DNA of 36,355 nucleotides, taken from positions 1 to 36,355 of IMG/VR virus record IMGVR_UViG_3300005764_000040. One strand, given 5' to 3'. The translations under genes were made by a program, and so were the position numbers. The notes under the pieces are model-generated. The model saw only the letters and a list, made by a program, of their open reading frames with translations, ran no database searches and was not told the origin of the DNA. Origin of the DNA: a virus. Taxonomy: Duplodnaviria > Caudoviricetes. This document shows, one piece after another, positions 32,612 through 36,355 of the stretch; the first letter of the stretch is position 1, and each line of letters begins with the position of its first letter.

Positions 32612-33978
32612 TGCCGCCGACACCGATCGAGCAAGCAGCCGCTCTCGACGCCGCGCTCGAAGCGCGCCTGCCGGGGGTGTTGCAGTACGACTCGTACTAC
32701 CTCGGCGCGCACCGCGTCGCCTTCGCGACCTCGAAGTGGCGCGAGACGTTCGGCGCGCTCTTTCACGAGCTTTCTGACAACTGGTCGCAGCTTGTCGTCG
32801 ACGCGAGCGTCGAGCGCTTGAAGGTCGAGGGCTTTCGCTTCGGTCCCGAGGGCGATGCCAGCGACCCCGAGGCGTGGGCGCTCTGGCAGGCGAACTACCT
32901 CGACGCCGACTCGTCGCTGGCGCACACCGAGGCGGTGAAGAGCGGGCTGAGCTACCTGCTCGTGACGCCGAGCGACGACCCCGAGACGCCGCGCATCACG
33001 GTCGAGCATCCGGCGCAGATGATCGCGATGCACGCGCCCGACGATCGCCGCCGCCGCACGTCGGCGCTCAAGCGCTGGGCGCTCGACGAGGGCACGGCGG
33101 GCGTGCTGTACACGCCCGAGGCTTTCTACGCGCTGACCCGCGCCGAGAATGCCGACGAGTGGCGCGTCGTCGACGAGCTACCGAACCCGATCGGCGTCGT
33201 GCCCGTCGTGCCGATGCTGAACAACCCGACGATCCTCGGCACGGGCGTGAGCGACCTCAACGTCGTCGTGCCGCTGCAAGACGCGATCAACAAGCTGCTC
33301 GCCGACCTGCTCGTGAATTCCGAGTACGTCGCCTTCCCGCAGCGCTGGGCGACCGGGCTTGAGATACCGACCGACCCCGAGACGGGCCGCGCGCTCGACC
33401 GCGAGAAGTTTCTCAGCAGCGTCTCGCGCATGTGGGTCGCCGAGGATAAAGACGTCACCTTCGGGCAGCTTCCCGAGGCGAGCGGCGAGGCGTACGTGCG
33501 CGAGATCGAGATGCTGATACAGCACGTCGCCGCGCAGACGCGCACGCCGCCGCACTACCTGCTCGGCTCGTCGGGCAACTTCCCGAGCGGCGAGTCGCTG
33601 AAAGCGACCGAGACGGGACTCGTCGCGAAGGTGAAGCGCAAGCAAGTCACCTTCGGCGAAGCGTGGGAAGAGGCGATGCGGCTCGCCTTCGCCTACCGAG
33701 GCGACGAGGCGCGTGCGAACGCGGCGAACTGCGAGACAATCTGGGCCGACCCCGAGAGCCGCAGCGAGGGCGAGCTAGTCGACGCCCTCACGAAGATGCG
33801 CACGCTCGGCGTGCCGCTCGAAGCGCTCTGGGAACGCTGGGGCGCATCGCCGCAGCAGATCGAGCGCTGGAAGACGCTGCTCGGGCTGCCTGAGCGCACG
33901 CCGCCGCCGAGCGCCGACGGCACCGAGCCTTCACCTGACACCCCGCAACTGCCGCCCGTGCTGGGCGGCTCGACCTAG
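32611..33978 (+). CDS. Portal protein (SPP1 gp6-like, actinophage type)
   Basis: NWSQLVVDASVERL, LWQANYLD, AFPQRWATG and PSGESLKA motifs; follows TerL. Confidence 0.94.
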   Translation: MPPTPIEQAAALDAALEARLPGVLQYDSYYLGAHRVAFATSKWRETFGALFHELSDNWSQLVVDASVERLKVEGFRFGPEGDASDPEAWALWQANYLDADSSLAHTEAVKSGLSYLLVTPSDDPETPRITVEHPAQMIAMHAPDDRRRRTSALKRWALDEGTAGVLYTPEAFYALTRAENADEWRVVDELPNPIGVVPVVPMLNNPTILGTGVSDLNVVVPLQDAINKLLADLLVNSEYVAFPQRWATGLEIPTDPETGRALDREKFLSSVSRMWVAEDKDVTFGQLPEASGEAYVREIEMLIQHVAAQTRTPPHYLLGSSGNFPSGESLKATETGLVAKVKRKQVTFGEAWEEAMRLAFAYRGDEARANAANCETIWADPESRSEGELVDALTKMRTLGVPLEALWERWGASPQQIERWKTLLGLPERTPPPSADGTEPSPDTPQLPPVLGGST

Positions 33979-33992
33979 AAAGCGAGGGCGCG

Positions 33993-34520
33993 ATGCCTGA
34001 GCCTTCGACTGCCGAGTCGGGCGCGAGGCCCGAGTCGGGCGCGAGGCCCGACGCAGAGAGCACGAAGCCGCCCGAGGGCGGCGAGCATGACGACGACCGT
34101 CGAGACGACGACGATCTCGGCGAAGGCGGCAAGGCCGCGATCGAGCGAATGCGACGCGAAGTGAAGCGCGCGACCGCACGAGCCGACGCCGCCGAGCAAA
34201 CGCTGCGCGACCGTGAAGACGCCGAGCGCAGTGACGTCGAGAAGCTGACCCGAGAGCGTGACGACGCTCAGCGTCGGATCGTCGACCTCGAACGGGCCGA
34301 CCGCGCAAAGGCGGCGGCAATCGAGGCGGGCATCCCTGACCTCTGGGATCGGCTTCGAGGCGACTCTGCCGAGGAACTGGCAGAAGACGCGGCAGCTATG
34401 GCCGAGCGATTCGGTCAACGCCGCGAGGCGCGCGACCTCGGTGCAGGCGCGCGCGACACCGCACCCGCGACCGGAAACGCTGGGATGAACGAGCGCATCC
34501 GGCAAGCGGCGAAGCGGTAG
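33993..34520 (+). CDS. Capsid scaffolding protein
   Basis: Acidic disordered N-terminus, coiled coil, RLRGDSAEELAEDA and terminal MNERIR; precedes the capsid gene. Confidence 0.85.
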   Translation: MPEPSTAESGARPESGARPDAESTKPPEGGEHDDDRRDDDDLGEGGKAAIERMRREVKRATARADAAEQTLRDREDAERSDVEKLTRERDDAQRRIVDLERADRAKAAAIEAGIPDLWDRLRGDSAEELAEDAAAMAERFGQRREARDLGAGARDTAPATGNAGMNERIRQAAKR

Positions 34521-34605
34521 CACGACCCCGGCTCGGGCGCGATGCCCGAGGCGCTGCGACGCGAGGTCGCCCCTCACCTGAATCCGAACCTGAGAGGGGG
34601 CACCC

Positions 34606-35550
34606 GTGCCCACGTACAACAGCATCATTTCTCGCACCGATGCCGACGTGCTGATTCCCGTCGAGCAGGCGACCGAACTGCTCGAAGCGGCAGTCACCGA
34701 GTCGGCGGCGTTGCAGCTATTCCCGAAGGTGCCGATGAGCGCGAAGCAGCGGCGCATGCCCGTCGTCTCGGCACTGCCCGTCGCGTACTTCGTCTCGGGC
34801 GATACGGGGCTCAAGCAGACGACCGAGGTCAACTGGTCCGGGCTGATGCTCGAAGCCGAAGAGATCGCGGCGATCGTGCCGATCCCCGAGGCGGTGATCG
34901 ACGACGCGAGCTTCGACGTCTGGGGCGCGATCCGACCCCGGCTCGCCGAGGCGATCGGGCGCGCGCTCGACGCGGCGATCTTCTTCGGGACGAATAAGCC
35001 CGCCTCGTGGCCGACGGCGATCGTGCCTGCGGCGACAACGGCGACCAACACCGTCACGCGCGGTACCGCAACTGCGGCGCAGGGCGGGATCGCGGGCGAC
35101 ATTTCAAACGCCTTCGGACTCGTCGAGGCCGACGGCTACACCGTCGACGGCGTCGTCGCGAAGTCGCTGTACCGAGGGCTGCTGCGCAACGCCCGCGACG
35201 TCAACGGCACGCCGCTCGCCGAGACGAGCGCGCAGGGAACGATCTACGGCGTCCCGATCGCCTACGCGATGCCGGGACTCTGGCCCTCGACGGCAGGTGC
35301 CGACGCCGACGCGATCGTCGGCGACTTCTCGATGGGCATGCTCGGCGTGCGGCAGGACATTACGTACAAGCTGCTCGATCAGGCCGTGATCAGCGACGCG
35401 GCGGGCGTCGTTGTCTACAACCTCGCCCAGCAGGACATGGTCGCGATGCGGGTCGTCGCTCGGTACGGCTTCCAGGTCGCGAACCCGCTCAACTACGAGG
35501 GCGGCGGCGGGGCGACGCAGTACCCCTTCGCCGTGCTGCTCGGCCCGTAA
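34606..35550 (+). CDS. Major capsid protein (HK97 fold)
   Basis: 314 aa; AEEIAAIVPIPEAVIDD, IVGDFS, NLAQQDMVAMRVVARYGFQV. Confidence 0.95.
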   Translation: MPTYNSIISRTDADVLIPVEQATELLEAAVTESAALQLFPKVPMSAKQRRMPVVSALPVAYFVSGDTGLKQTTEVNWSGLMLEAEEIAAIVPIPEAVIDDASFDVWGAIRPRLAEAIGRALDAAIFFGTNKPASWPTAIVPAATTATNTVTRGTATAAQGGIAGDISNAFGLVEADGYTVDGVVAKSLYRGLLRNARDVNGTPLAETSAQGTIYGVPIAYAMPGLWPSTAGADADAIVGDFSMGMLGVRQDITYKLLDQAVISDAAGVVVYNLAQQDMVAMRVVARYGFQVANPLNYEGGGGATQYPFAVLLGP

Positions 35551-35569
35551 CCGGAAGGGAGATCGCGAC

Positions 35570-35818
35570 ATGGCAGACACGCTTGAGACTGCCTCGCTCG
35601 ACGAGGCGCAAGAGGCGGGCTTTCTAGGGGTGCGGGCCGACCCGACCCCGAACGAGAGCTACACCGTCGCAGGCGTCACTTCGGGCGCACCGACGCCCGA
35701 GACGGACGAGGGCGCGAAGAAGGCGGCAAGCGATCGCCGAGCCGAGCTTGAGGCTCGCTTCGGCGGCAACCGCGAAGAGGCGGCGGCACCGAAGGCGACC
35801 TCGAAGTCGAGCGCCTGA
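35570..35818 (+). CDS. Small head-associated hypothetical protein (82 aa)
   Basis: RBS GGAAGGGAG; GFLGVRADPTPNESYTVAGVTSGAPTPETD; directly after the capsid gene. Confidence 0.75.
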   Translation: MADTLETASLDEAQEAGFLGVRADPTPNESYTVAGVTSGAPTPETDEGAKKAASDRRAELEARFGGNREEAAAPKATSKSSA

Positions 35819-35894
35819 GAGCCGTTCTAACAGGCTGCCTTGTGGCTGTGAGCTTGCGGTCGCACACGCGCTACGAGGCACGCAGGCGGCGAAT

Positions 35895-35950
35895 GGCGAA
35901 GCGGGGGCAACCCGCTCACGGGGTGCGCGCGACGCAGCCCCCGCTTCGCC
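35895..35950 (+). terminator. Strong hairpin after the capsid genes
   Basis: Perfect 14-bp inverted repeat GGCGAAGCGGGGGC / GCCCCCGCTTCGCC; no U-tract. Confidence 0.55.
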
Positions 35951-35969
35951 CCGCCCGAGAGGGGAACCG

Positions 35970-36355
35970 ATGAGCACGATCGAGATCACGTGGTCGCCGA
36001 CGCCCGACGAGGTCGCGCGCCTGCTGCGCGCGCGCACGAAAGACTCGAACGGCACCGAGCTAGGCGAGTGGACTGACGACACCCGCCCGACCCTCGTCGA
36101 CGTCGAGGCGATCATCGAGCAGGCGGTCGAGCTTGTCGCGGCGACGACGGGGCGAGCGATCGCCGAGCCGTGCTCGGAAGGGGCGCATCAGTGCGCGGGG
36201 CTGCTCGCCGCGATGCTGGTCGAGCTGTCGTACTTCCCTGAGCAGGTGCGCAACGACCGCAGCGCTTACGTCGAGTACAAGCGCCTCTACGACGACGGGC
36301 TGGCGAAGGTCGTCGAGTGCATCGAAGAGGGCGGCGGCGGCGGCACCGACCGCCC
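35970..36355 (+). CDS. Head-to-tail adaptor, 3' truncated
   Basis: RBS GAGAGGGG; PTPDEVARLLRART...TRPT...AAMLVELSYFPEQ resembles actinophage adaptors; runs off the window end. Confidence 0.75.
   Translation, partial: MSTIEITWSPTPDEVARLLRARTKDSNGTELGEWTDDTRPTLVDVEAIIEQAVELVAATTGRAIAEPCSEGAHQCAGLLAAMLVELSYFPEQVRNDRSAYVEYKRLYDDGLAKVVECIEEGGGGGTDR

Larger units (their letters stand above)
1..36355. mobile_element. Temperate contractile-tailed phage genome, circularly permuted, nearly complete, unintegrated form
   Basis: Terminase, portal, scaffold, capsid, sheath, tube, baseplate, lysin, integrase and replication genes are all present. The window starts inside the sheath gene and ends inside a head-tail adaptor. 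Phage genes lie on both sides of the integrase and no host genes are seen. Confidence 0.96.

Noticed and set aside
34012-34051. 18-bp tandem duplication in the scaffold gene (and the 9-bp EPA repeat at about 26040-26070)
   Set aside because: In-frame slippage repeats in disordered protein regions; no sign of a separate function.

Overview
The whole window is a nearly complete, circularly permuted genome of a high-GC temperate phage with a contractile tail (myovirus). Its host is probably actinobacterial; the Rpf-like protein resembles the Thermoleophilia/Gaiellales type, which is an inference from recalled family features. Gene order: tail sheath (partial), tube, chaperone with a -1 frameshift site, tape measure, LysM protein, baseplate and fibres (1-11182); endolysin (11206-12324); divergent HTH/Cro switch (12433-13510); leftward large serine integrase with an intact candidate attP (14338-15832); a stand-alone secreted Rpf-like transglycosylase followed by ParB-like, VRR-NUC, C5-methyltransferase, replication initiator and RecT-like genes (15954-23528); two outward-facing operons of small unknown proteins that share a mirrored ~110-bp promoter/operator cassette, the right one ending in an HTH gene (23563-29293); HNH, terminases, portal, scaffold, capsid and a partial head-tail adaptor (30012-end). 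No host DNA, tRNA, CRISPR array or IS element is visible. The most interesting signals are the phage-encoded secreted Rpf next to attP, the mirrored regulatory cassette over acr/aca-like operons, an integrase promoter straddling the predicted crossover, and a recurring start-associated motif GAGGTACAGC. All product calls come from motif recognition and gene order; no database searches were run.
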